Part shown: positions 1-11,329 of the stretch, piece after piece
How positions within the stretch are numbered: the first letter of the stretch is position 1
How the letters are laid out: each line of letters starts with the position of its first letter
Assembly (NCBI GenBank): GCA_003990765.1
Contig: RBNJ01000093.1
Span: 1 to 42,279, forward strand
Direction of reading: 5' to 3'
DNA from: Jimgerdemannia flammicorona
Lineage: Eukaryota
DNA length: 42,279 bases
Notes under the pieces: model-generated
What the model saw: only the letters and a program-made list of their open reading frames with translations
Told to the model about the DNA's origin: nothing
The model's database searches: none
Made by a program: the position numbers and the translations under genes

Positions 1-428
1 AAAGATAATATCAGCAAAGCTAAAAAGCTTGATAGATATATATGGAAACTCAAGGATAATACTAGATGAGAAGTAGAACTATAAGATCTAAATACTATTG
101 AAGAAGTAATATTAATTACTGACTACTTTAATATAATCTCTTTTAAAAGAAATTATTTCTTCAAACAATTCAAGAAGCCCCAATAAAGATATGGATATCT
201 CAAAAAGATTGTAAGTTCTGTCTCAATAAATCTAGATACTATTATCAAATCAAGACTTATACTAGAGGAAAAGAAAAAATTATATAAGAGCAAAGTCTAC
301 TTCTTCTGCTGAGAAAAAGAATATATTGCTGCCAAATATCTAAGGAAAACTAAGGACAAAATAGAAACAAAGAAGGCCCTGGCTATTACTAAGAAGGAAA
401 TAGTAATCTCCATTATTCAAACTGAGAA
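1..428 (+). pseudogene. C-terminal part of gag of an old Ty3/Gypsy host element, with a degenerate CCHC zinc knuckle
   Basis: ~250-345 translates RLILEEKKKLYKSKVYFFC*EKEYIAAKYLR, which reverts by transitions to ...CFFCREKGHIAAKCPR. The frame resumes after the GAGAA TSD at 10859. Confidence 0.7.
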
Positions 429-908
429 TGTAAGAGGGTTACTTTTTAGGGTAACCATTATGTAGTTCTGGAAGAGTTTTTCTAGAAGTTCTGGATATTC
501 TGGAAGACTGTTTTCTTATGGTCAAGATCAATTTCGTATGGAGTATATCCTCTATACTTATTGATTTCAAGATCGGGTTGACGTCTCAACCAAAGTCCTT
601 TTTTGGACTAGTTCTGGATGTTCAGGAGTTTCCATATTTCAGGAAGTTCAAGAAACTAAGACCAGCTTAGTTGAATTGGCATATCGCTGCAGACAATACC
701 CAATTAGGAAATTTCGTGATGGGGTTAGGAGTGGGATCTAACAGGGAGCAGATTTACTTAAGAGTGGTTTGTGGGTTATAGAATAGGTTTATTTGCTATT
801 CATGATATTGCTATACTAGGAGTATTTGTATGAAGAGATATTGTGGGGAAGTATTCAGGAATGTTCTTGTGTGTTCGAGTCTGAGATTCTGAGGTCTGGG
901 AGAGGGGG

Positions 909-916
909 TATTTATA
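909..916 (-). promoter_or_regulatory. TATA box (TATAAATA) of LTR-A; AATAAA at 788-793
   Basis: Same motif at the equivalent position in all three LTR-A copies (909-916, 9277-9284, 18366-18373), downstream of the U3 ORF. Confidence 0.6.
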
Positions 917-1105
917 CTAGTGAGAGGCTATCTGGACTATACTGAATATGGATGTAGCACTAAGTGCTTTGCTGAGTCGGAATGCAGTCATGTAGTACAA
1001 GTGTGATCTGACATGTCAAGAGTTCGTCTGACTGCTGAGTCAGTTCACAGTCATATCATACAAGGCTAATCTAACTATACTATGACTGCTAGGCTATTTA
1101 TGAGT

Positions 1106-2204
1106 TTAGGTACTATCTGGGTAGTCCTCGATGACATCACCATCAATTGCATCATCTCTGATAAAGTAGTCGTCTAGGAATAATGGTTCGCAGATTACTT
1201 CTCCTTGTTCACTGAGATAATAATACATTGGAACTTCGTCTCTGTCCCACAGAATAGCACCATCTGTCTCGTATGCTGGATAAGGTGTTGGTGGGTGAAG
1301 GAGGGGTACATTGTTTTCACTTTCATCGGATTCACTGTCTGCATACCTTCTGTAGGTTACAGCACTATGAGTTGCAGGATTGTAGTAAGCTGGCGGCTGT
1401 GGTTCATGTCACTCGTACTCAGGTGGTGGAGTGGTTGGTTCAGTCTCGAGGGTTGTCTGGAGGTACAGGTTATGTTCTCTGGTCTCTTCATTATAGTTGA
1501 AGTAATTGGGAGTGAATGCTGATTAGTATTCGTACCAGTGGTCATTGTCCCAATAAGTCTCATATGCAGTTATGAATTGTTGTAAGTTCATCGGCAAAGT
1601 TGGCAGAGTGATCAGGGTTGGCAGAGATCCTTAGCTAGAGGTCATGTCGGCGTCAGAGGGATCATTGTCTTCTGCTTCGTCTTCATCGAAGTGGATTATA
1701 TTGTAGATGTCCTTCATGATGTATCCAACTTGGGGCATTTGCAGGATATGATCATTAGGGTGGGGGAAGGTTCTATCTGTGGTTTCGACATACTTGAGGT
1801 ACTTGTAGTTGAGTTCTTATATCATATCATCGATTTGGCCATAGAACAGAGTAGCAACCATTTTGCTAGTAGTAACTCAGAGGTGGGAGAATAATTGTGC
1901 TGTACTCATAGAAGAGTTCTCAATGTTTGCAGGCAATGAGCTTCTGGTGTTGAGACATCTGGGTAATGTCTGTATCATGGTGGTGTTCGACCATGTCTTC
2001 CAGGAGGTGGCCAATCTGGTAGTAGCTTGAGATTTGTCTGATTCAGTAGACCTCGCTAAGTATGTTCAGAGCATTCCATCAGGCTTCCATGAAGTAGGGG
2101 GGTGCCAGGCTATGGATATTCATGAGGGGCAGAGGGAGTGTGGCTCGGTTGACGATGGCATTCCAAATATCAGTGCAGATGTGGGTATAGATCTCAGTGG
2201 TCAT
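1106..2204 (-). pseudogene. U3-encoded ORF of LTR-A (ancestral ~365 aa, MTTEIY...EDYPDST), 3' LTR copy
   Basis: ATG at 2204, TAA at 1106-1108. Broken by TGA 2079-2081, two CAA>TAA stops (~1632, ~1818) and a +1 indel near 1890; the other LTR copy is open at the TAA and indel sites. Confidence 0.8.
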
Positions 2205-2492
2205 GTTTGTGTGTTTAGAAGTTGTAGTTGTTGTTTGTTTTGGTTCTCTGATTTGATGCATCTCAGTGCTCAGTATATATGCATTTGGTCCTGATTGGTA
2301 AGATTCTGTTTGTGTAAATCTTGTATTCTGTGACTTCATATTGACTCAGCTTTGTGCGCTGTGACTTCGGTTTGACTCAGCTTCATGATCAAGCAGGTGA
2401 TTTCCAGATTTGTTCAGAGGTCGCGTGTGATTTCAGTAGCTTGTTCAGAGGGTGATGTGTAATTTCAGTGGCTTGGAGGTTGTCTGCTTACA

Positions 2493-2506
2493 ACTCTCCC
2501 CTTCTT
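2493..2506 (-). other. Polypurine tract of element A
   Basis: AAGAAGGGGAGAGT on the minus strand immediately 5' of the 3' LTR. Confidence 0.9.
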
Positions 2507-2743
2507 AGCTTTCGACGTCCTCATCAGGGCCTTCTAATTTTGTTCAGTGGTACAGGGAGAATAGGCTTGCTTTCAGTTTTGCCATTTCTCCAGAGGGTCA
2601 GTGTTTTTGTCTTGTTTTGCTGAGTTCTTGGTCTGGTTTGTGATAATTATAATGTTCGGGAAGATAATATATAGTGTGTACTGATAGGTGTGGAGTATTT
2701 GGTTCTAGTTGTTCAAGGAATCATATTCCTGAACTAGGTCAGT

Positions 2744-2872
2744 AGCATTCTGGAGATTGGTCTTGGGTTCCCAAGTTGCATCATAGATCGGGTAACCTTT
2801 CTATTTGACAAGGTACTCAAGATGGTTCTTGTTGCCATGTTTGTTGAGGATTTATTCAACTTCATACTCTTC
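2744..2872 (-). pseudogene. Chromodomain at the integrase C-terminus
   Basis: [41 protein letters not shown] in the pol frame. Confidence 0.9.
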
Positions 2873-2959
2873 TTGGTCATTAATAATGACAGGTGCAGGT
2901 GGTTTGGTGGTCCGGTTTGGAAATAGCTCATCATCATTATCATTGTATTGCTTGAGACA

Positions 2960-4010
2960 TTGAACATTAAAGACTGGGTGAATCTTAATGGTATCTGGTA
3001 GCACCAGTTTGTAGGAGGTTGGAGAGACTTATGCGATGACTTCAAATGGTCCAATGAACTTGCTATTCAGCTTTGTAGATGGTCTGTGCTTGAGGTTGTC
3101 AACTCGGTATCCTCTGATGTCTAGTAGGACTTTTTCTCCAATATCAAAAGTTTCTTCTTGGCAGTGTTGGTTAACATACTGTGATTGTTGTTCTTGAGCT
3201 CACAATAAATTCTCAATGGCAATCTGGCTTAAATTGCACATTTAGAGTAAGAATTCTTCAACAGCTTCAACTGTGGAGGGTTCTTCATTAGTTCAGATAA
3301 GTGTCAAAGGAGTGTTTGGATTTTGTCCAGTGTTGGCGAAGAATGGGGTCATTCCAAGAGAGGCTTGCTTGCTATTGTTATAGGCAAACTCGACTGCAGT
3401 GAGGTGTTCATGCCAGTCATCTTATCTGTAGGAAACATAGTTCCTTAGCATTTGTTCCAGAGTTTGGTTCATTCTTTCAGTTTGGCCATCAGTTTCTGGG
3501 TGAAAGGCTGTGGATAGTACAAGTTTTGTTCCAAGGTGTGCATGGAGGGCTTTCTAAAAGTAGTTGGTGAATTTCAGATCTCGGTCACTAATAATGATCT
3601 TAGGAAGACCATGATAGCGGAAGATGTTGTCAAACAAGAGTGTGGCTATGTCTGGTGCTATTGCAGTAGTGGTAGTAGGCACAAAGTGGGCTTGTTTGCT
3701 GAGATAGTCCACAAAGACAACAATTGCATCTTTCCCATTTTTGGTTCGGGGTAGTTGTACAATGAAGTCCATAGAGATTTGTTCCCAATTTGCAGATGGT
3801 ACTGAGATAGAGTGGAGTAAGCCAGGTTTTGCTAGTGTTGAGGACTTGTTTCATTGGCAGGTATCACAGGAAGTAATGTAGGTTTTGAGCTGATCTGCCA
3901 TGCGGGGCCAATAGAAGTTCCAGGAGATAACTTCATAGCATTTGTCAAATCCTAAATGTCCAGCTGTAGGGGCATCATGACATTCGAATAGGATAGTCCT
4001 TCGGAGGTCT
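2960..4010 (-). pseudogene. Integrase (HHCC zinc finger, DDE core, GPY/F region)
   Basis: HDAPTAGHLG...CDTCQ; MDFIVQLPRTKNGKDAIVVFVD...[28 protein letters not shown]. Confidence 0.92.
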
Positions 4011-4214
4011 CGGTTGTTTGGAACATACAGTCTGTCCTTGTAGTAGATAGTATTGTCTCTGAGTTGGTATTGGTTGTACTGGGTATACTTGTTAGCATCA
4101 TCATTGTTCAGGATTTCTCGGAGTGCTTGAGCTTCCTTATCATCAGTATATGCTGTGATAATTTGTTCCATGATGGAGTTTGTAACCAAGGTGAGAGTTT
4201 GGATAATGTCTTCG

Positions 4215-5500
4215 ATTGGTGGTCTGGAGATTGTATCGGCAACAATATTTTCCTTGCCAGGGTGGTACTGGATTTCGTAGTCAAAGTTGGTGAGGACTTT
4301 CATCCATCTGGCTTGCTTTCGGGAGAGGGTAGCCTGTGTCTTGATGTTGACCAATAACTTGTGGTCAGTCAATACAGTGAAGTGTACTCCTTCTAGATAT
4401 GGTCGCCATTTGATCAGAGTGTCTACAATGGCTAGCATTTCCTTTTCGTGAGTTGCATAGTTGATTTCCACATCATTGAACTTGCGGGAGTGATAGGCCA
4501 CAGGGTGTCCTTCTTGTATAAGTACTGCTCCAAGGGCTAGGTCAGAGGCATCAGTGGTAACTTCATATGGTAAGGCAGAATTTGCCGCTTGAAGTACTGG
4601 AGTGGTTATCAGAGCATTTTTCAGTGCTTGGAAGGCGGTATCTTGCTCGGGTCCCCAATTTACAAGATTGTTGAAGTCTTTCTCTTATTTCATGGTCCAG
4701 GGTTATTCTTGTTTCTTGCTGTACTTGGTCATTTGGGTGAGGGTAGTAGCGATTTTAGCAAAGTTGGCAATAAATCACCTATAATAGTTTGCCAATCCCA
4801 GGAATGACTGGAGGTCTTTCAGCTTCTTAGGTCTGGGCCAATCCTTGATTGCAGAGATTTTGCTGGGGTTCACTTTGATTCTATTCAGAGTGACAATGTG
4901 TCCAAGGAATTGAATTTCTTTCAGAAGAAATTCACACTTGCTGAGTTTTGCAAAGAGTCGGTTTTCTCGAAGTTTCAGTAGTACTAGTTTGAGGTGTTCG
5001 AGATGTTCCTCCAGGGTTTTGCTGAAGACTAGGATGTCGTCAATATAGACAACAATGAATTTGTCTAGGTATGGATGCAGAATGGTATTCATCAGTGTCT
5101 GGAAGGTTGCTGGAGCTTTAGTTAAGCCAAAGGGCATAACCAGGAACTCGAAGTGTCCATAGCAAGTTCAGAAAGCTGTCTTGTAGATGTCTTCTTCTTT
5201 CATGGCAATTTGCCAGTAACCATTTCACAGGTCAAAAGAGCTCATGAATTGTGGGTTGGTGAGCCTATCGAATATTTCATTAATCCTTGGTAGTGGGCAA
5301 CAGTTCTTGATGGTCTGTTCATTGAGATTGTGGTAGTCAATGCATATTTGTAGATCTCCTCCTTTCTTGACAATGAAGAGGACTGGTGCACCATAGAGTG
5401 ATACACTGGGTCTGATAAATCCTTGTTCTAGGAGTTTGTTGATTTCCTTCTTGAGTACATCAATTTCTCTTGGAGACATGTGGTAGATTGACTTGAAGGC
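4215..5500 (-). pseudogene. Reverse transcriptase and RNase H
   Basis: [13 protein letters not shown]...[10 protein letters not shown]...[12 protein letters not shown]; RNase H TTDASD...YATHEKEMLAIV...TDHK. Confidence 0.95.
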
Positions 5501-5799
5501 TGGTTTGGCATCTGGGATAGTCTTGATTGCATGGTCTACTGCTCGTTTGGAAGGTAGGCCTTTCAGGAGCTTCTTTGGGAATATGTCTTGAAATTTCTGG
5601 AGTAGTGGTCTGACATGGCTATCAACTTTGAAAAAATCTTCTTCAGAGTTCTTGGGTTCTCCTTTGGATGGTTGGATGGAGATGGCAAAGAGAGGGCATT
5701 TCTTGGCCAATTTCTTAAGTTGTAGCTTGTTGATGTGGGTGATCTTTGGTCCAGGGTCCCTAGAGTTGAGTGGGTCCTTTTTGTCTTATAGTTTGAAGT

Positions 5800-6150
5800 T
5801 GTGGTGTCCTTTCTTGATGGTCAGAGAATAGTTTATCCAATCAATCATGGGGTTCTCTTGTTTTAACCATGGAGTCCCAAGGATGATTTTATTGTCAGGA
5901 AGTGGTACGATTTGGAGGGTAACATATACTTGGTAGTCACCAATTCGGAAGGGTAGATTGCAGACTTCTTTGCTAATAACATGTGAGGTTCCATCAGCTG
6001 TAGCAACTACTTGAGTTTGCTGTACTGGAGAGGTGAAGACCTTGAGTCTGTTGGCTGTTTCTTCATTGATAAAGTTGTCTGAGGCACCACTGTCTATCAT
6101 AATCTTGACAGGTGCTCTGTTGATAAAAGCCTTAAGGGTGAGCAGTTTGT
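5800..6150 (-). pseudogene. Retroviral-type aspartic protease
   Basis: IMIDSGASDNFI and IILGTPWL motifs. Confidence 0.92.
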
Positions 6151-6365
6151 CTGATCCCATGGTGGTAATTTCAGTTGTTTGAGCTTTCCTTCTGTTGGTT
6201 CTTCTTTGAGCCAGTTCGTTGACACAAGAGAAGCAATTATCAATCATTCGGGAAGAGTACATTCCAATACTATGAGGGCATCAGCCACTTGGTATATATC
6301 CATCTTCTATCTTCTTATAGAATTGTTCTTCTTTGCTCATGGTAGGTTGGGCTGGGGTCTTGTTT

Positions 6366-6772
6366 GATGAGCCAAATCCTTTGGATCCTCAGATGGTGGG
6401 CAGTAGTTCAGAGACTTCCTTGACTGTCAGGGTTGACTCAATTTTTTCGAATAGGATCTGGGTGATGCAGAAGCCAATAGGGATCTTGAAGGATATCCAA
6501 CTGTAGTTTCGAATAAGGACCATAATTTCGCCTGTGTAATCCTCGTCAATGACTCCTCCTTCTACTGAGAGTCCTTTCAATGCTAGGCTGCTGTGACAGC
6601 ATATTCTTCCAACATGTCCTTCAGGGATTTGGATACTGATTCCTGTATAGACTTGTTTGACTTCTCGGTTGGAAACTGTAGCTTCTTCGGCTACATACAG
6701 GTCATATCCAGCTGCTTTTTGACTTCCTTTGATTGGGGCCTTAGCAGTTTGTCTTAACTTGATAAAGTCCAG
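6366..6772 (-). pseudogene. dut: Trimeric dUTPase domain between Gag and protease
   Basis: All five motifs in order: AGYDL, GRICCHSSL, GVIDEDYTGEI, GFCITQILF, (R)GSKGFGSS. Confidence 0.93.
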
Positions 6773-6839
6773 TGTTCTGGTGGTCAGGTTGTTGAGGTGG
6801 TGAAGAGTGGTAACAGTTGCTCGTATTGCTGTTCAGGGT

Positions 6840-7834
6840 TTTCGGTTGGGGCAGATACTGGCCATGTGTCCTGTCTTTCGGTAGAAGCATGCTCCGCTTC
6901 TTCGAAGTTCATTCCTTTTGCCTTCAGTAAGTTTCTTGAAGGTACTGGGCTGGGTGGGTTCAGGATTTCTAGGTGTCCAAGAGGTGGATGTGGAGGGAGC
7001 TTGGGATGCTTCATGCTTGGGTTCTTCTTTCTTGGTCCAAGTCCTTTCCTTGTTGTTAAATTGTCTTCAGGGCAGAATTGGTCCAGCTGTTAGGATTCGC
7101 TTGACCATGGTCTTGATTCTTGCTAGGCACCATTGTTGGTGATCACAACCAACTGGGTGGTCTTGTTCTCGGATTTTTCTAGTAAGCCATTCGGGCAGGG
7201 CATCAAATAAATGGTCTGCTCTTGTACCATTTTGTGCTTCATCATTAGTGATGTATCCTAGGCCAACAGTGTTCAGGAGTGACTCGAGTTTTGTACAGAA
7301 GGTTTTGAATTCTTCTTTGCCATGTACATCAAATTTGAGGTTGCAGAGTTTTACTCAAGATTCAGCAATCATGGTTTCGCTGCAGTATTGAGCAATCATG
7401 GGTTGTTTGAGTCCAGGGGCTGCAGGATGGGCTCCATATCCTGGGGCATTGTTTGCTGCATTCTGGGCAACTACTGCAGGTCGGGTATCCCATGTGAGGG
7501 GTTTTTCGGGAAGGGTTCGCCACCATTCTTCAGCAGGTCCTTGGAAGAATATAACAACTCAGCGGACATAGACTGTAGTGGTAGCAAAGAGTTGTTCCAG
7601 AGTGTGGTCTTGATTGTTTGTCAGAACGTGGTCAGCAACTTGCTCATTGGTCCATTGATTGGCTTCGAAGTTGGTGTCAACTACACTAATGAAGCTTTGG
7701 ACTTCTTGTACAGTACCATTAAAGGTAGGTAGGCTCAGATTTTTGGTAGATTGGGTCTGTTCAGCTAAGACAGTAATGGTTGCTGCCATTATAGCTACTT
7801 GGGCTGTGAGATCAAGAATCTGTTGGTTTGCCAT
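6840..7834 (-). pseudogene. Gag core and zinc knuckle
   Basis: LPTFNGTVQEVQSFI near the N-terminus; GACFY-RKTGHMASICP knuckle at ~6850-6895 that lacks the second Cys codon. Confidence 0.8.
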
Positions 7835-8781
7835 GTTGATTGCTGAAGGCAGTTGGACTGCTGGTAGTGGTGTTACTGGTACTACTTGAGGTACTGGTGC
7901 AGAGTGTGATGGGGTTCTTTGGGTCTGTGTAAGTTGCTGGAGTAGTAGTTGTGGGTCTGGAGTGAGGGCTTGATAGATAACTGTTTGTTGCTGTATAGGT
8001 GTATTCTGTCCTGATGGAGGTACTTCTCCTTTGGTGATATATCTGGGATCGAATTCACTGAGATACTCCTCCTCTTCTTCAGTTTGGTCCCCGTGTAATT
8101 GGGTTTGCTCGGCATCAAAGTAGACAGAATCAGTTGTATATCTGATTTCAGATGGACTTAATTCAAAGTCAAGTTCTGGTTCGGTATTGGTCTCAGATTC
8201 AGGTAGGGTTGTAGCAGGACCTGCTTCAGGTTCGGGGTCAGGTAGTTGATGAAGGGTTTCTCTTACTTCTTCTTTAAGAATATGGTGGGCCTTACTGTTC
8301 TGGAATCGGTAGTATAAGGTGGTCTTGGTCCTGGTGCGGTGAAAGTCAGTAGAGTTGAGCCACTTGGCTACAGAGGCTTGGGCTTTGTGAGGAACTACAA
8401 CTAGAAAGACTGCTGCTGGTTATCCTAGGTCGCTCAGATTTGTGGAGCTGACAAAACTCTTGTTGAGAAGAATAAAGAAGGCTTCAATAAGACCTTCTTC
8501 ATCTTGACTTGCTGAGTGTAGTGCAAGGAGTTTGGTGAATAGGGTTTCACCTATTTGTTGGTTTAACCTGAGTACTTCTTTCTTTGAATGAAGTTTATCC
8601 CACTTGTTGCAGGTGTGGAGGTCAAATTGTTCTTGTATGTCAGGTTCAATTCTCTCCAGATTGTCAGATAGTTCAGGATAAATTCTAGTTCAGAGGTTGG
8701 GCTTTATACCAACTTGTAGGAATTCTCAGAAGGGTTTGTAGCAGGATGAGGAAGCATCTTGAAATAGAATTGGATTGTAAA

Positions 8782-8793
8782 CTGCTACTACCA
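8782..8793 (-). other. Primer binding site (tRNA type, possibly initiator Met)
   Basis: TGGTAGTAGCAG 3 nt inside the 5' LTR; the TGG start is complementary to tRNA CCA. The tRNA identity is inferred. Confidence 0.65.
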
Positions 8794-8796
8794 AGT

Positions 8797-10858
8797 TGTA
8801 AGAGGGTTACTTTTTAGGGTAACTGTTATGTAGTTCTGGAAGAGTTTTTCTGGAAGTTCTGAATATTCTGGAAGACCGTTTTCTTATAGTCAAGATCAAT
8901 TTCATATGGAGTACGTCCTCTATGCTTATTGATTTCAAGATCGGGTTGATGTCTCAACCAAAGTCCTTTTTCAGACTAGTTCTGGATGTTCAGGAGTTTC
9001 CGTATTTCAGGAAGTTCAAGAAACTAAGACCAGCTTAGTTGAATTGGCGTATCGCTGCAGACAATACCCAATTAGAAAATTTCATGATGGGGTTAGGAGT
9101 GGGATCTAACAGGGAGCAGATTTACTTAAGAGTAGTTTGTAGGTTATGGAATAGGTTTATTTGCTATTCATGATATTGCTATACTAGGAGTATTTGTATG
9201 AAGGGGTATTGTGGGGAAGTATTCAGGAATGTTCTTGTGTGTTCGAGTCTAAGATTCTGAGGTCTGGGGGAGGGGGTATTTATACTAGTGAGAGGCTATC
9301 TGGACTATGCTGAATATGGATGTAGCACTAAGTGCTTTGCTGAGTCGGAATATAGTCATGTAGTACAAGTGTGATCTGACATGTCAAGAGATCATCTGAC
9401 TGCTAAGTTAGTTCACAGTCACATCGTACAAGGCTAATCTAACTATACTATGACTGCTAGGCTATTTATGAGTTTAGGCGCTATCTGGATAGTTCTCGAT
9501 GATATCACCATTAATTGCATTATCTCTGATGAAGTAGTTGTCTAGAAATAATGGTTCGCGGATTACTTCTCCTTGTTCGCTGAGATAATAATACATTGGA
9601 ACTTCATCTCTATTCCACAGGATAGACTATCTGTCTCGTATGCTGGATAAGATGTTGGTGAGTGAAGGAGGGGTGCATCATTTTCACTTTCATTGGATTC
9701 ACTGTCTGCATACCTTCTGTAGGTTACAGCACTATGAGTTGCAGGATTGTAGTAAGCTGGCGGCTGTGGTTCATATCGCTCGTACTCAGGTGGTAGAGTG
9801 GTTGGTTCAGTCTCGAGGGTTGTCTGGAGGTACAGGTTGTGTTCTCTGGTCTCTTCATTGTAGTTGAAGTAATCGGGAGTGAATGCTGGTTGGTATTCGT
9901 ACCAGTAGTCATTGTTCCAATAAGTCTCGTATGCAGTTATAAATTGTTGTAAGTTCATTGGCAAAGTTGGCAGAGTGATCAGGGTTGACAGAGATCCTTG
10001 GCTAGAGGTCATGTTGGTGTCAGAGGGATCATTGTCTTCTGCTTTGTCTTCATCGAAGTGGATTATATCATAGATATCCTTCATGGTGTATCCAACTTGG
10101 GGCATTTGTAGGATATAATCATTGGGGTGTGGGAAGGTTCTGTCTGTGGTTTCGACATACTTGAGATACTTGTGGTTGAGTTCTTGTATCATGTCATCGA
10201 TTTGGCCATAGGACAGAGTAGCAACTATTTCACTGATAGTAACTTGGAGGTGGGAAATAAAGGTACTGTACTTGTAGAAGAGTTCTCGATGTTTGCGGGC
10301 GATGAGCTTCTGGTGTTGAGACATCTGGATAATGTCTGTATTATGGTGGTATTCGACCATGTCTTCCAGGAGGTGGCTGATCTGGTAGTAGCTTAAGATT
10401 TGTCCAATTCGGTGGGCCTCACTAAGTATGTTCAGAGCATTCCATCAGGCTTCCACGAAGTAGGGGGGTGCCAGGCTATGGATATTCATGAGGGGCAGAG
10501 GGGGTGTGGCTCGGTTGATGATGGTATTCCAAATGTCAGCACGGATGCAGATATAGATCTCGGTGGTCATGTTTGTGTATTTGGAAGTTGTGGTTGTTGT
10601 TTGTTTTGGTTCTCTGATTTGACACATCTTGGTGCTCGGTATATATGCATTTGGTCCTAATTGGTAAGGTTCCGTTTGTGTAAATCTTGTATTCTATGAC
10701 TTCGTATTGACTCAGCTTTGTGCGCTGTGACTTCAGTTTGACTCAGCTTCGTGATCAAGCAGGTGATTTCCAGATTTGTTCAGAGGTCGTGTGTGATTTC
10801 AGTGGCTTGTTCAGAGGGTAACATGTAATTTCAGTGGCTTGGAGGTTGTCTGCTTACA
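8797..10858 (-). repeat. 5' LTR of element A (2062 bp)
   Basis: Direct repeat of 429-2492; adjacent to the PBS and the TSD. Confidence 0.95.
9474..10570 (-). pseudogene. U3-encoded ORF of LTR-A, 5' LTR copy (best preserved; includes the 265-aa track ORF)
   Basis: ATG 10570 is in frame with 9563-10360. Lesions are TGA 10445-10447 and a 1-bp deletion near 9625; the true stop is TAA 9474-9476. Confidence 0.82.
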
Positions 10859-10870
10859 GAGAAAGTACAT

Positions 10871-11281
10871 TTGATGGTTCAGAAACTATATTCTGATATC
10901 ATTATATTAGAAGCAAAAATCTCAGAAGTAATTAAGTTGAACCTAGTAGCTATTTGAAATATAATAATCCTTACAGAATAGTAATAACTTATAGCCATTG
11001 AACTAGCCATACAGATATCTAAAGAGTATTATAGAAAAATTATATCATGATCAGATCTTAGTACTAAACATTACATTGATCTAAATATAGGAGTAATAGA
11101 TCTGGACTATTATAGAGAAATCAAAGCACTTTTGATTAACAATAGTACACAATCTTTTGAAATCAAGAAGTAAGACTGGGTTGTACAACTAATTCTAGAA
11201 TAAGCCAAAGTACTGACAATTAAGAAAATTACAAATCTAGAAGAATCTGTTTGAGATACTGAAGAATCTAGAAGTACTAGA
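10871..11281 (+). pseudogene. dut: Heavily mutated dUTPase of the host Gypsy element
   Basis: ...IELAIQISKEYYRKIIS*SDL...NIGVIDLDYYREIKALLINN...DWVVQLILE...V*DTEESRSTR reverts largely by transitions to GYYGKIAPRSGL, GVIDPDYRGEI, DRVAQLIL and a motif-V-like RGTGGxGSTG. Confidence 0.8.
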
Positions 11282-11329
11282 AGTATAAGCCATAAGGAGA
11301 ATATTAGTACCATCAATACTAGTCTACTA

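Larger units (their letters stand above)
429..2492 (-). repeat. 3' LTR of element A (2064 bp)
   Basis: Colinear with 8797-10858; TG...CA termini; adjacent to the PPT. Confidence 0.95.
2705..8790 (-). pseudogene. Single-frame gag-pol polyprotein of element A (N-terminal extension, Gag, dUTPase, PR, RT, RNase H, IN, chromodomain)
   Basis: Track ORFs 7559-7834, 6389-6580, 5786-6262, 5225-5710, 4775-5137, 3851-4501 and 3554-3772 share one frame; they are separated by stops explainable as CGA/CAA/TGG transitions. Confidence 0.93.
429..10858 (-). mobile_element. Full-length Ty3/Gypsy (chromovirus-type) LTR retrotransposon, family A, carrying dUTPase; inactivated by point mutations
   Basis: Direct LTRs 429-2492 and 8797-10858 with TGTAAG...CTTACA ends; perfect TSD GAGAA at 424-428 and 10859-10863; PBS and PPT; domain order PR-RT-RH-IN-chromodomain. 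Confidence 0.97.

Noticed and set aside
1205-2294. Plus-strand ORFs within LTR-A (and equivalents at 9640-10660)
   Set aside because: Antisense shadows of the U3 ORF; short and without recognisable motifs, while homology to B and C is on the other strand.
2734-3054. 106-aa minus-strand ORF after integrase (possible env or ORF3)
   Set aside because: Off-frame shadow of the GPY/F and chromodomain region; no signal peptide or transmembrane segment, and no room for env before the PPT.
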